Positions 29,879-38,096 of a stretch of DNA of 64,000 nt are shown here, piece by piece. How positions within the stretch are numbered: position 1 is the first letter of the stretch; each line of letters starts with the position of its first letter. Source of the stretch: an uncultured virus (IMG/VR IMGVR_UViG_3300042905_004424) (taxonomy: Duplodnaviria; Heunggongvirae; Uroviricota; Caudoviricetes); the IMG/VR virus record IMGVR_UViG_3300042905_004424; one strand, written 5' to 3'. The position numbers and the translations under genes were made by a program. The notes under the pieces were generated by a model. That model made no database searches, had not been told where the DNA came from, and saw nothing but the letters and a program-made list of their open reading frames with translations.

Positions 29879-30100
29879 ATGAAAGAAAGAGAAGTAATTT
29901 ACGGAGTGTGTGATAAGACTGGATCTTGTGATTCCTACTTTGGGTTTTTCAAAAATGAAAAAGATGCTGAACACGAGGTTGAAGTTCAAGCTAATAGACT
30001 CAAGGAAGACTTGGGTATGATGGATATTGACATTCAAACGGACCGAGCATTATTCGATGGTAAATTAGTAATAGTAATTCATTCATATGTGTTAAGATGA
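29879..30100 (+). CDS. hypothetical protein
   Basis: 73-aa ORF coupled (ATGA) to next gene. Confidence 0.65.
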   Translation: MKEREVIYGVCDKTGSCDSYFGFFKNEKDAEHEVEVQANRLKEDLGMMDIDIQTDRALFDGKLVIVIHSYVLR

Positions 30101-30783
30101 TAAACCCAACAGGAAAAAAATTAGAAAAAATTATCTTTAAATTGTTTGACGATGCAAGTCAAGGGGTTGATAGATATAATCATAACGATAGTTTGTGGTT
30201 AATCTTTACCAATGAGATGAAATGGGTTGTTGAATACACTAAAGACCAAACTCTATGGTATAACTATAACTTCTTTAAAGATGAGATGGAGTTAATTGGT
30301 TTGGATTGTGTTGAAGATAAAGACCTTATTCAAAAATGGTTTGAGTCAAGATTTTTGGGAATGCCAAAGGTTGAAGAGGCTTTTGACCCATTTTTCGATC
30401 AAGACCAATATGTTGAAGACGTTATTCAAAATGGAGTGAAAGATATCTCTAGTGTATTATATAAAGAGTTACTCAGCGTTGAAGACACCATTCAAAATGG
30501 GGTGAAACACACCGAGGAGGGATTGAGGCCTGATGACTCTGACGTTGAAGACACCATTCAAAATGGGGTGAAACTTACCAAAAGTACAATAATGAGTCAA
30601 GATTCTAAAATTGAAAACACCATTCAAAATGGGGTGAAAGAGACTATTGGCACACTACGGCGTACTGCTAAGTGGGGTGTTGATGACATCATCCAAAATG
30701 GTGTAAAAGAAACTCATGACGATTGTTCAAATAACATTGCAAGAGTTGAAGGTATAGTTAGAATAGGTGAAAAATTAAATTAA
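30097..30783 (+). CDS. protein with C-terminal VEDTIQNGVKxT repeat/variable-spacer array
   Basis: N-terminal ~100-aa domain, then 5-6 units of 12 conserved plus 10-11 unique residues. Confidence 0.8.
   Translation: MINPTGKKLEKIIFKLFDDASQGVDRYNHNDSLWLIFTNEMKWVVEYTKDQTLWYNYNFFKDEMELIGLDCVEDKDLIQKWFESRFLGMPKVEEAFDPFFDQDQYVEDVIQNGVKDISSVLYKELLSVEDTIQNGVKHTEEGLRPDDSDVEDTIQNGVKLTKSTIMSQDSKIENTIQNGVKETIGTLRRTAKWGVDDIIQNGVKETHDDCSNNIARVEGIVRIGEKLN
30412..30780 (+). repeat. in-frame CRISPR-like array: 36-nt repeats, 30/33-nt unique spacers
   Basis: Repeats start at 30412, 30478, 30544, 30610, 30679, 30745 (last degenerate); best copy GTTGAAGACACCATTCAAAATGGGGTGAAACACACC. Confidence 0.85.
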
Positions 30784-30831
30784 TAATAGAAGTAGTAAAC
30801 ATTATTAGAAAATAATATGTATATTTGTGGA

Positions 30832-31008
30832 ATGGAAAAAGAAGATAAAATAGAAATTAATGTAAAAAATGGTGACAATTTTCATATGGATAAAGATGTG
30901 TATATTCAATGGTTAAAAGCATTTATGGTACTAAATCTTGAAAAAGAGAATTATGATGAGTGTGCCAAGTTAAGGGATGAAATAAAATCTTTAGGTGAAG
31001 ATTTTTAA
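30832..31008 (+). CDS. small UVR-domain protein
   Basis: ENYDECAKLRDEIKSL matches UvrB/UvrC motif; ATG 4 nt after TATATTTG. Confidence 0.7.
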   Translation: MEKEDKIEINVKNGDNFHMDKDVYIQWLKAFMVLNLEKENYDECAKLRDEIKSLGEDF

Positions 31009-31022
31009 AATAATAAATTGTT

Positions 31023-31328
31023 ATGAAAACAATAGAAACTAAATTTGGAACATATGTAGATATGGAAACAGAAACAAGCACAAAATTAACTGGTGATAAA
31101 ATCACGGTATTTGTAGAAAGATTAAAAAAAATCGGTATTGATGTAAAACTATCAGGAAACTTTCCTTGGGTTTATATTGATGAGATCTGTGGTAAAAGAG
31201 TTACTGAAAAGTTTGAAGGGAATCACGGGTTTACATTAATATTTTTACCAGGTAGAAACGATAGTCCACCATCTGAATTTACTGATATTACAGAGATATT
31301 CAAACTAATAAGAAAATACGCAAAATGA
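31023..31328 (+). CDS. hypothetical phage protein
   Basis: RLKKIGIDVKLSGNFPWVY...HGFT. Confidence 0.7.
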   Translation: MKTIETKFGTYVDMETETSTKLTGDKITVFVERLKKIGIDVKLSGNFPWVYIDEICGKRVTEKFEGNHGFTLIFLPGRNDSPPSEFTDITEIFKLIRKYAK

Positions 31329-31849
31329 ATTTAGACAAACTAACAATGGACGAACTTATTTCATTAAGAAATGAAATTCAAGGAAAAATACATTCCTATG
31401 AAGATGGGTATTTGTATATCTGTTCTGTTCGTCAGTTTGGTAGTGTATGGGAAGAAAAACCAAGTAGTTTATATGGTTTAAAAGAACTTTGTGATTCATA
31501 TTATGGTGACAATGGTATTGTTGATGTTTATACCAACAATCCAAATTTAGAATTTCCTGAAATGGAGTTTCAAAATTATGGTGACGTTATGTTTATTAAA
31601 TCAGAAGATGATTACCGTGACTGGGTTAAATACAACAAAGAAAAAAACTTTATTGATGATGTAACACAACGACTTGATGAGTGGGATGAAAGTAAAAATT
31701 TACCATTTAAATATCGCCCTTCTTTTGCGCCAATTTGGACAAGAGAAGATCTTAATGAATGGGTTACAGGGTTTGAAAGTAAGACATGGGATTTTACTGA
31801 ACCAAGATCTATGAAGGTAAAATATTCTGAAGAAGATGGTGAAGATTAA
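31325..31849 (+). CDS. hypothetical protein
   Basis: 174-aa ORF in operon. Confidence 0.7.
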   Translation: MNLDKLTMDELISLRNEIQGKIHSYEDGYLYICSVRQFGSVWEEKPSSLYGLKELCDSYYGDNGIVDVYTNNPNLEFPEMEFQNYGDVMFIKSEDDYRDWVKYNKEKNFIDDVTQRLDEWDESKNLPFKYRPSFAPIWTREDLNEWVTGFESKTWDFTEPRSMKVKYSEEDGED

Positions 31850-31862
31850 AAAATAAAAAATT

Positions 31863-32273
31863 ATGACAAAAGTAAAAATCTATCTAGATGATGTTCGTAC
31901 ACCGGTAGATCCAAGTTGGGTGGTTGTTCGTTCTTATGATGAATTTGTTAGTAAGATAAATGAAATTGGTTTAGAGAACATTGAACTAATTTCATTGGAT
32001 CACGATTTGGGTGATAGTGCAATGAGAGAATGGCACTACGGCGTTGTAAAAAACTACACCATCAATTACGATAATATAACAGAAAAAACTGGTATGGATT
32101 GCACCAAGTGGTTAGTGAATCAATGGTTAGATGGTAAACATATTGTTGAAGTTGTGGTTCATTCAGCAAATGCGGTGGGTAGTGGAAACATGATGGGTTA
32201 CATCAACAATTACCGACACTTGAATAGAATGGAACAAAATTGTGTAAGAGTTAAAATTGAACATACAGTATAA
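31863..32273 (+). CDS. cyclic-phosphate-processing receiver-like domain protein
   Basis: IYLDDVRTP, ISLDHDLG, TGMDCTKWL, VHSANAVG. Confidence 0.82.
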   Translation: MTKVKIYLDDVRTPVDPSWVVVRSYDEFVSKINEIGLENIELISLDHDLGDSAMREWHYGVVKNYTINYDNITEKTGMDCTKWLVNQWLDGKHIVEVVVHSANAVGSGNMMGYINNYRHLNRMEQNCVRVKIEHTV

Positions 32274-32283
32274 AAATAAAATT

Positions 32284-32544
32284 ATGGAATTAGAAAAATT
32301 TGAACAAGCAAAAAAAGTTAAAGAAAACCTTGAAAGGTTAAAAACACGGAAACATAAATTGGAATCCGCACTTAAATCTTGTAGTTTGGCGGTTAAGATT
32401 AATTATACGTATGGAGGTAAATTCCGAACGCCAGGTGAAGTGGGATTATATGATAAAGAGATTATAAAAGAAATGATGATCAAAGAACTTGAAAAGTTGG
32501 ATGAAGAAATAAATTTAGTTAAAGAAGAATTTGAAAAAGTATAA
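32284..32544 (+). CDS. hypothetical coiled-coil protein
   Basis: Likely start MELEKFEQ. Confidence 0.65.
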   Translation: MELEKFEQAKKVKENLERLKTRKHKLESALKSCSLAVKINYTYGGKFRTPGEVGLYDKEIIKEMMIKELEKLDEEINLVKEEFEKV

Positions 32545-32547
32545 GAA

Positions 32548-33681
32548 ATGGAAAATTTAAATAGTGTATGTTATGTTGGTGCAATCGGAGAGGTTAAGCC
32601 AATAGAAGGGGCAGATAACATAGAACTTGTTATGGTTAATGGTTGGAATGCCATAACTAAAAAAGGAGAATATAAAGTTGATGATTTGGTTGTTGTTGCG
32701 ACCACCGATGCGGTTATACCTGTTGAGTTATCCGACTTAATTGGTGTAACTGGTTACTTAAGAAAGGGTCAGAGAGTTAGAACTGTTAAACTTCGTGGAG
32801 TTTACTCAGAGTGTTTAATCATATCTTTAAAATATACATTTAAATCAGAAATATCTATCAATGGTTTTGTTGATGGACAAGATATGATGGGTTTACTTAA
32901 TGTCACTAAATACGAACCACCAGTTAAAATGGTCCAGTTAAGTGGGGGTAGAAAATTCAAATACCACCAAAACCCTAACTTCCATGTTTACTACAAGTTT
33001 CCCAACTTAAAGAATGTACCTGAAATGTTTAACGAGGAAGACATAGTTACTTTTACTCGTAAACTTCACGGAACAAATGCTCGTTATGGTATCGTTAAAA
33101 AGAAAAGATTATCCTTGTGGGATTATGTAAGAAAGTTATTTGGAAACAAATGGGCTAACTACGAATATGTTTATGGATCTCACAACGTAGAGAAAGGTTC
33201 TGACTCTCAAGGGTTTTACAAATCAGATGTATGGAAAACAATCGCAGATAATTACAAAATAAAAGATAAACTATGGGATTATGTTAAGACATATGGTAGT
33301 CCTGACTATTTGGGTGATGGGTTAATCATCTATGGTGAGATATATGGTCATGGTATACAAAAAAATTATGATTATGGTTTAACTGATGTTAAATTTGCTG
33401 GTTTTGATGTTGAGTTAAATGGTAATTACCGACCTTATTACGATGAAAAGAACGTTTTCAAATCTTTGGGATTACAAAGAGTTGAGGTTCTTTATTTGGG
33501 GACTTGGTCTAAAGAAAAACAAGATAAATACGTATTCAATAACAATATAGAGGGAACCAAAGTTCCACACGAAGGTGTTGTTGTTAAATCTGTTACTGGT
33601 GATAGACACAAAGTAGGTAAAGTGATCAACCCTGATTATAGTATATTCTGTGAAAAAAATAATGTAGGTGACTCCCATTGA
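32548..33681 (+). CDS. RNA ligase, DRB0094-like (N-terminal OB-like domain plus nucleotidyltransferase)
   Basis: PIEGADNIE, VRTVKLRGVYSE, KLHGTN (motif I), YGEIYG, FDV, EGVVV, KVINPDY. Confidence 0.9.
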   Translation: MENLNSVCYVGAIGEVKPIEGADNIELVMVNGWNAITKKGEYKVDDLVVVATTDAVIPVELSDLIGVTGYLRKGQRVRTVKLRGVYSECLIISLKYTFKSEISINGFVDGQDMMGLLNVTKYEPPVKMVQLSGGRKFKYHQNPNFHVYYKFPNLKNVPEMFNEEDIVTFTRKLHGTNARYGIVKKKRLSLWDYVRKLFGNKWANYEYVYGSHNVEKGSDSQGFYKSDVWKTIADNYKIKDKLWDYVKTYGSPDYLGDGLIIYGEIYGHGIQKNYDYGLTDVKFAGFDVELNGNYRPYYDEKNVFKSLGLQRVEVLYLGTWSKEKQDKYVFNNNIEGTKVPHEGVVVKSVTGDRHKVGKVINPDYSIFCEKNNVGDSH

Positions 33682-33694
33682 TGGAGTCACTTTT
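33668..33694 (+). terminator. intrinsic terminator
   Basis: GTGACTCC-CATTGAT-GGAGTCAC plus TTTT. Confidence 0.75.
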
Positions 33695-33738
33695 ATTACT
33701 TACTATTAAATTAAAAAAAATTAATACGTATTAAGATA

Positions 33739-33939
33739 ATGGAAAATAAAAAAAACACCCCTAAATTAATTTTAAACTCTGAAGAACATGAACTTATTGG
33801 GTTTTATATATCCGAACTTGGATTTTTAATGATGTCAATATGTTCACAATCAGGTAAACGAACTAACTATAACTTGGGTGAACACAACACAGAACAAAAT
33901 GTTTTTATAGATCTAATTAAAAAACTTAACTATAAATAA
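33739..33939 (+). CDS. hypothetical protein
   Basis: 66-aa ORF. Confidence 0.55.
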   Translation: MENKKNTPKLILNSEEHELIGFYISELGFLMMSICSQSGKRTNYNLGEHNTEQNVFIDLIKKLNYK

Positions 33940-33981
33940 ATTGAATTGATTAGTTCACTTTTTTAATTACATTTAAATAAA

Positions 33982-34176
33982 ATGAAACAAGATTTAAACA
34001 AATTTGCATTCTTTTCAAAAAACTTTTTGTGGTATTCCATAATGTTAGTGATTGAGAATGATTATAATCCACTTAATTGGTGGTTATTTAGTGGGTTTTT
34101 CCCTATAGTAATTACCATATTTTTTGAATTATATATACTTGGAACATCATTAAACGAAACAGAAACAGAAACATAA
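33982..34176 (+). CDS. small membrane protein
   Basis: Two hydrophobic stretches around NPLNW. Confidence 0.6.
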   Translation: MKQDLNKFAFFSKNFLWYSIMLVIENDYNPLNWWLFSGFFPIVITIFFELYILGTSLNETETET

Positions 34177-34196
34177 AATTAAAAAAATATTATACA

Positions 34197-35180
34197 ATGA
34201 GAGAAAACGAAATTGATGATTATATTGAAGAGTTAAAAATGATTGAAGAAATGGATAATATAGAAATGACAAGAAATAGATTTATTAAAAACGATGACAC
34301 AAAGACACCAACTAATTCACCAACATGTTGGGGAACTTTACAAGACGAAGAATTTGCCCCCGCATTTACATCCGTCCCAAAAGTTCCGGCTGGAATTTAT
34401 GAAATCATTTACAATAGACAATTAAATTGTAACACAATAAAAAAACAACCATTTAAAACAGATGAGTTATACCAATTACCTTCATATGAGATCCAAGATA
34501 TCCTCAAGGATATCCAAAATTTTTGGGATCGTCGTGACAAATATAGAGAATATAATTTTGTTCATAAGCGTGGGATTCTAATGTATGGTGAACCAGGATG
34601 TGGTAAGTCAGGAATCATACAGTTAATTTCAAAACAACTAATTGAAAATGATGGGATTATTCTAAACATTAAAGATCATGACGATGTTGAATACTTTATT
34701 GATTTCATTGCAACATTTAGAAAAATTGAAACCAACAGACCTTTAATTGTTTTGTTGGAAGATATTGATTCAATTGCCGGCGAAAATAATCATGCGACAA
34801 GTAAGTTATTAAACATTCTTGACGGTGTGAAACAAATTGAAGACGTTGTTTATATTGCAACAACAAACTATCCTGAGAAACTACAAGACCGTATCACAAA
34901 CAGACCATCTCGTTTTGATAGACGATACAAAGTGGAACTTCCAAACGAAGAGATTAGAAACGCTTATATCCGTCACAAATTAACAGAAGATGATTTGAAA
35001 AATGTTAATATTGATGAATGGGTAAAAAGAACTGAAGGAATGTCTCTTTCACACTTGAAAGAAGTTGTAATTTCAACTATAGTTATGGGAAGAGAATTTG
35101 AGGAAGTGATGGATAACCTCGAAGGATTAAAAAAAGCACCAACAATTAAAGAATTTAAAAAAGTAGGATTTGGAAAATGA
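34197..35180 (+). CDS. AAA+ ATPase (BCS1-like)
   Basis: KRGILMYGEPGCGKS, LLEDID, LLNILDG, ATTNYPE, RPSRFD. Confidence 0.92.
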   Translation: MRENEIDDYIEELKMIEEMDNIEMTRNRFIKNDDTKTPTNSPTCWGTLQDEEFAPAFTSVPKVPAGIYEIIYNRQLNCNTIKKQPFKTDELYQLPSYEIQDILKDIQNFWDRRDKYREYNFVHKRGILMYGEPGCGKSGIIQLISKQLIENDGIILNIKDHDDVEYFIDFIATFRKIETNRPLIVLLEDIDSIAGENNHATSKLLNILDGVKQIEDVVYIATTNYPEKLQDRITNRPSRFDRRYKVELPNEEIRNAYIRHKLTEDDLKNVNIDEWVKRTEGMSLSHLKEVVISTIVMGREFEEVMDNLEGLKKAPTIKEFKKVGFGK

Positions 35181-35329
35181 AAAAAGGAATTTATTATATA
35201 CCGTTATTTTTAATATTATTATTTATAATGGTCTGGACATTTTATGTTAGTAATTATTTAGGGTTTGTAATGTCGACAATATCAATGTTATTATTAGGTG
35301 AAGTTTATTATTTAAGATTTATAAAATAA
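35177..35329 (+). CDS. small two-helix membrane protein (not in ORF track)
   Basis: 50-aa hydrophobic ORF with ATGA overlap to the ATPase. Confidence 0.5.
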   Translation: MKKGIYYIPLFLILLFIMVWTFYVSNYLGFVMSTISMLLLGEVYYLRFIK

Positions 35330-35342
35330 TTTATAAAAATTT

Positions 35343-35367
35343 CCCCATCTCAAAAAGGTGGGGTTTT
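35343..35367 (+). terminator. intrinsic terminator
   Basis: CCCCATCT-CAAAA-AGGTGGGG plus TTTT. Confidence 0.8.
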
Positions 35368-35380
35368 ATATTTATAGAAT

Positions 35381-35899
35381 ATGAAAACATTAATAGAAAG
35401 AATTGTCAGAGAATATCTTTTGGAGGAAAGAAAATTTCCTAAACAAAAAGGTAGTGAAGTCTATGATAAAATGTTATATAATATAATATCCACATACCAT
35501 CAGTGGTTTGATCGACATGGGGATAATTCGTATAAGGAAAATATTGATTTGTTTTATGAAAAAAATAATTCAGATAACGATTATAGGATTGGTGTTAGTG
35601 ATAAGTTATTGATACCGATAATTAAAAAAGATATTGGTAAGATTATTGATAGCTTTAAAACGCACAATCCTTGTAATAAAAGAATCATATTTACAAAAAG
35701 AATGGTTAATAATGAAGATGAGGCATACTTTGATGTTATTGAATTTCTCATACAAAAAGATAGTAATGAATTAAAAATTGTTAGTTCTGCTTTTTCTGAT
35801 GACGGTAACTTTTTATATTTTGGTGTTAGACCAAGAAGTAAAAAAGAAAATTTAAAAGAAAATTCATGTAAAAGTGGGGATATAGTTGTGGAATTGTAA
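35381..35899 (+). CDS. leader-bearing hypothetical protein
   Basis: TATTTAT 5 nt upstream; MKTLIERIVREYLLEE. Confidence 0.7.
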   Translation: MKTLIERIVREYLLEERKFPKQKGSEVYDKMLYNIISTYHQWFDRHGDNSYKENIDLFYEKNNSDNDYRIGVSDKLLIPIIKKDIGKIIDSFKTHNPCNKRIIFTKRMVNNEDEAYFDVIEFLIQKDSNELKIVSSAFSDDGNFLYFGVRPRSKKENLKENSCKSGDIVVEL

Positions 35900-35919
35900 A
35901 AAAGTATTATCTTTGTAAG

Positions 35920-36141
35920 ACAATTGATTGTTATTGGTTCAATCATTAAAAAATACCAATCGTAGGGTGTCTGGCGTAATCCGACACAGGTTGAAAATCC
36001 CACCCCTAGGTGAAATTGATCCCCACTGAAATATGTGGGGATTTTTTTTTAAGAGACCCCATCTTAATTGATGGGCTTTAGGGCCGTTATCCGTTAGGGT
36101 AACGATTTAAAGGGGGGAATTCGCTACTCCCCCTTTTTTTT
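35920..36141 (+). ncRNA. candidate structured non-coding RNA(s)
   Basis: TATCTTTG at 35908, no ORF, elevated GC, at least six hairpins, two terminator-like ends. Confidence 0.55.
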
Positions 36142-36164
36142 ATTTAACTAAGTATTTATCATAT

Positions 36165-36611
36165 ATGAAAATAATAATTTCAGAACGTCAACAAAAGTTA
36201 ATTAAAGAAAATTCTGTTAAGGGATCTTTAATTGATATGATTAAAGAAGATGGTTGGAAAAGTGTTTACGGATTGGTTGGGGGGATTGATAATCTTAAAA
36301 AACTTGTTGGAATTGAATCACCAATAGATTTTCTTAATTTATTTAATGATTTGGATGTTATTAATAGTGAAGAAAAACCTAATTTGACTTTATTTAGATA
36401 TGAAATAGGAAATAATCTAATGGTTTACGATGATGAATTTGATTTTGTTTACATCAATTATAGTATAATTTGGTCATTTTTAGAAAAAGTTTTTGGATTT
36501 AACTACTCTGAAATACAGGAAGTCACACAGGAATGGTTGTCTGAGGCCTACGATTTAAGGGGAGTCACAACAGATGAGGTAGATGAGGAGGATGATGAGT
36601 TGGTTGGATGA
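36165..36611 (+). CDS. MKIIISERQ leader protein ending in a repeat-spacer-repeat unit
   Basis: TATTTAT at 36153; domain resembles N-terminus of 30097..30783; stop codon lies in the second repeat. Confidence 0.8.
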   Translation: MKIIISERQQKLIKENSVKGSLIDMIKEDGWKSVYGLVGGIDNLKKLVGIESPIDFLNLFNDLDVINSEEKPNLTLFRYEIGNNLMVYDDEFDFVYINYSIIWSFLEKVFGFNYSEIQEVTQEWLSEAYDLRGVTTDEVDEEDDELVG

Positions 36612-36638
36612 GGTCTACAATTTAAGGGGAATTATATA
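36536..36638 (+). repeat. CRISPR-like mini-array (36-nt repeat, 31-nt spacer, degenerate repeat)
   Basis: GTTGTCTGAGGCCTACGATTTAAGGGGAGTCACAAC (36536-36571), spacer 36572-36602, GTTGGATGAGGTCTACAATTTAAGGGGAATTATATA (36603-36638). Confidence 0.75.
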
Positions 36639-36679
36639 ATTCCCTTTTTTTATTTAATTCTTTTACTTATCTTTGTGTT

Positions 36680-36760
36680 ATGTTAATTATGACCATATTG
36701 TTTATTCTTTTAATCCTATGTATTGGGGTTTGGGGTAAACACGGAAAACACTTTAAGTGA
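36680..36760 (+). CDS. 26-aa single-TM peptide (not in ORF track)
   Basis: MLIMTILFILLILCIGVWGKHGKHFK*; ATG 4 nt after TATCTTTG; stop overlaps next ATG. Confidence 0.5.
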   Translation: MLIMTILFILLILCIGVWGKHGKHFK

Positions 36761-37359
36761 TGAAAATAATACTACTTGATAATGATGGTGTGATTTGTTT
36801 ATCCAATAATTGGGGTGGACGAGCAAAGAAATGGGCAAATTTTCATAAGGATAATCCTGATGTTGAATTTACAAATCGTCCTATTGATTGTAGGTTTGAT
36901 AACTTTGATGAGAAGGCAATTAAGGTCCTTAATGAAATACTTGAAGAAACCGGTGCTGAAATAGTTGTAAGTTCAGATTGGAGATACAATGCAACACTTG
37001 AGGAACTTGGCGATTACTACATAAGTCAAGGAATCATCAAACGACCAATTGCAGTAACGGATATGTTCAAAGACATATTCCCAAGAGAATGGAATGCGTT
37101 TAGGTTTCGTGCTGATTTAGAAATAGAACGAAGTATGGAGATCGGACACTGGTTAGAGAACCATCCCGAAGTTACGCATTGGGTTGCAATTGATGACCTC
37201 AACATGAGTATTGAGTTTTTATCTAAAAACTTTTCACATAGTAAAGATGATGATAAAAACCCCGGTCTATCTAATTTTGTTCTAACACCAAAAGCAAGTG
37301 AGGGAATCAAACAAAGTGGTATTAAAGAAAAAATATTAAAGTTTTTGAAAGATGAGTAG
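36760..37359 (+). CDS. HAD-superfamily phosphatase, Swiss-Army-Knife RNA-repair type
   Basis: LLDNDGV, IVVSSDWR, RSMEIGHWL, WVAIDD. Confidence 0.85.
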   Translation: MKIILLDNDGVICLSNNWGGRAKKWANFHKDNPDVEFTNRPIDCRFDNFDEKAIKVLNEILEETGAEIVVSSDWRYNATLEELGDYYISQGIIKRPIAVTDMFKDIFPREWNAFRFRADLEIERSMEIGHWLENHPEVTHWVAIDDLNMSIEFLSKNFSHSKDDDKNPGLSNFVLTPKASEGIKQSGIKEKILKFLKDE

Positions 37360-37442
37360 AATGATTAAAAAGTTTATGTTGTGGTTATCACTCAAGTTCC
37401 CAAAGAAAGGTAAAAAAAGTATTTGGGATTTATAAAATTAAT

Positions 37443-37757
37443 ATGAAGAACATAAACCAAATATTCAAAAATAATATACATCTAATGGATGAACCCGAAG
37501 TAATTGAATTGATAGAATATTGTCAAGAATTGGAGGGTGAAGTCCTTGAAAAGAAAATCAATAATACTTATAATAAAGATCACATGTTAAAAACCATGTT
37601 ATCTGACATACTTTCAAGTTGTAGAGAATATGAAGAAAATAAAATTCTTAAAGATAGATATCCTGAGTTATATAACGAATTAGATGCTAATTCTTTAGTT
37701 AAAAACTTAATGGATTATATTATAACTATGAATAATAAAAATAATTTAAGACTTTAA
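37443..37757 (+). CDS. hypothetical protein
   Basis: 104-aa ORF. Confidence 0.65.
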   Translation: MKNINQIFKNNIHLMDEPEVIELIEYCQELEGEVLEKKINNTYNKDHMLKTMLSDILSSCREYEENKILKDRYPELYNELDANSLVKNLMDYIITMNNKNNLRL

Positions 37758-37759
37758 AT

Positions 37760-38077
37760 ATGGACGAAAATAAAAAACAAAAAGTTAAACTTATTATGGT
37801 AGAAGAAAAACCATATATCATTTCTTTAGATAAAATAGAACTGGGGGATAAAGTTATTGTTACAGTTGGAGGACAATATCCATCAATTGTTAATTGTGAA
37901 AATGAAACAATTTTTAATTTATTAACTGAGTCAAAACTATCTTTAACTCAGGCAAATAAAATTTTTATGGAACCTGAATATATAAAATTCACATCTGAAC
38001 AAATAGAAAAAATAATTGAAAATGGTGGAACATTAGATGTCGAACTAGAAGATGGGATTTATAAATATACTTTATAA
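37760..38077 (+). CDS. hypothetical protein
   Basis: 105-aa ORF. Confidence 0.65.
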   Translation: MDENKKQKVKLIMVEEKPYIISLDKIELGDKVIVTVGGQYPSIVNCENETIFNLLTESKLSLTQANKIFMEPEYIKFTSEQIEKIIENGGTLDVELEDGIYKYTL

Positions 38078-38096
38078 TTTTAAATGATTTTTTAAT

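Noticed and set aside
30412..30780. Calling this a canonical CRISPR-Cas locus
   Set aside because: No cas genes or AT-rich leader in the window; repeats are imperfect with synonymous-type variation and lie within an ORF. Reported as CRISPR-like only.
35581..36003. Minus-strand 140-aa ORF
   Set aside because: Mostly antisense to 35381..35899 and overlaps the promoter and hairpin region; no protein-like features.
35920..36141. tRNA gene(s)
   Set aside because: No cloverleaf, T-loop GTTCRA with proper stem or CCA end recognised.
36536..36638. Diversity-generating retroelement TR/VR pair
   Set aside because: Repeats are short, mismatches are not confined to adenines, and no reverse transcriptase is present in the window.
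36757..36790. MKIILLD as another member of the leader family
   Set aside because: It is the first beta strand of the HAD DxD motif; the ExQ is absent. The same applies to lipoprotein 40268 (MKIIKILL).
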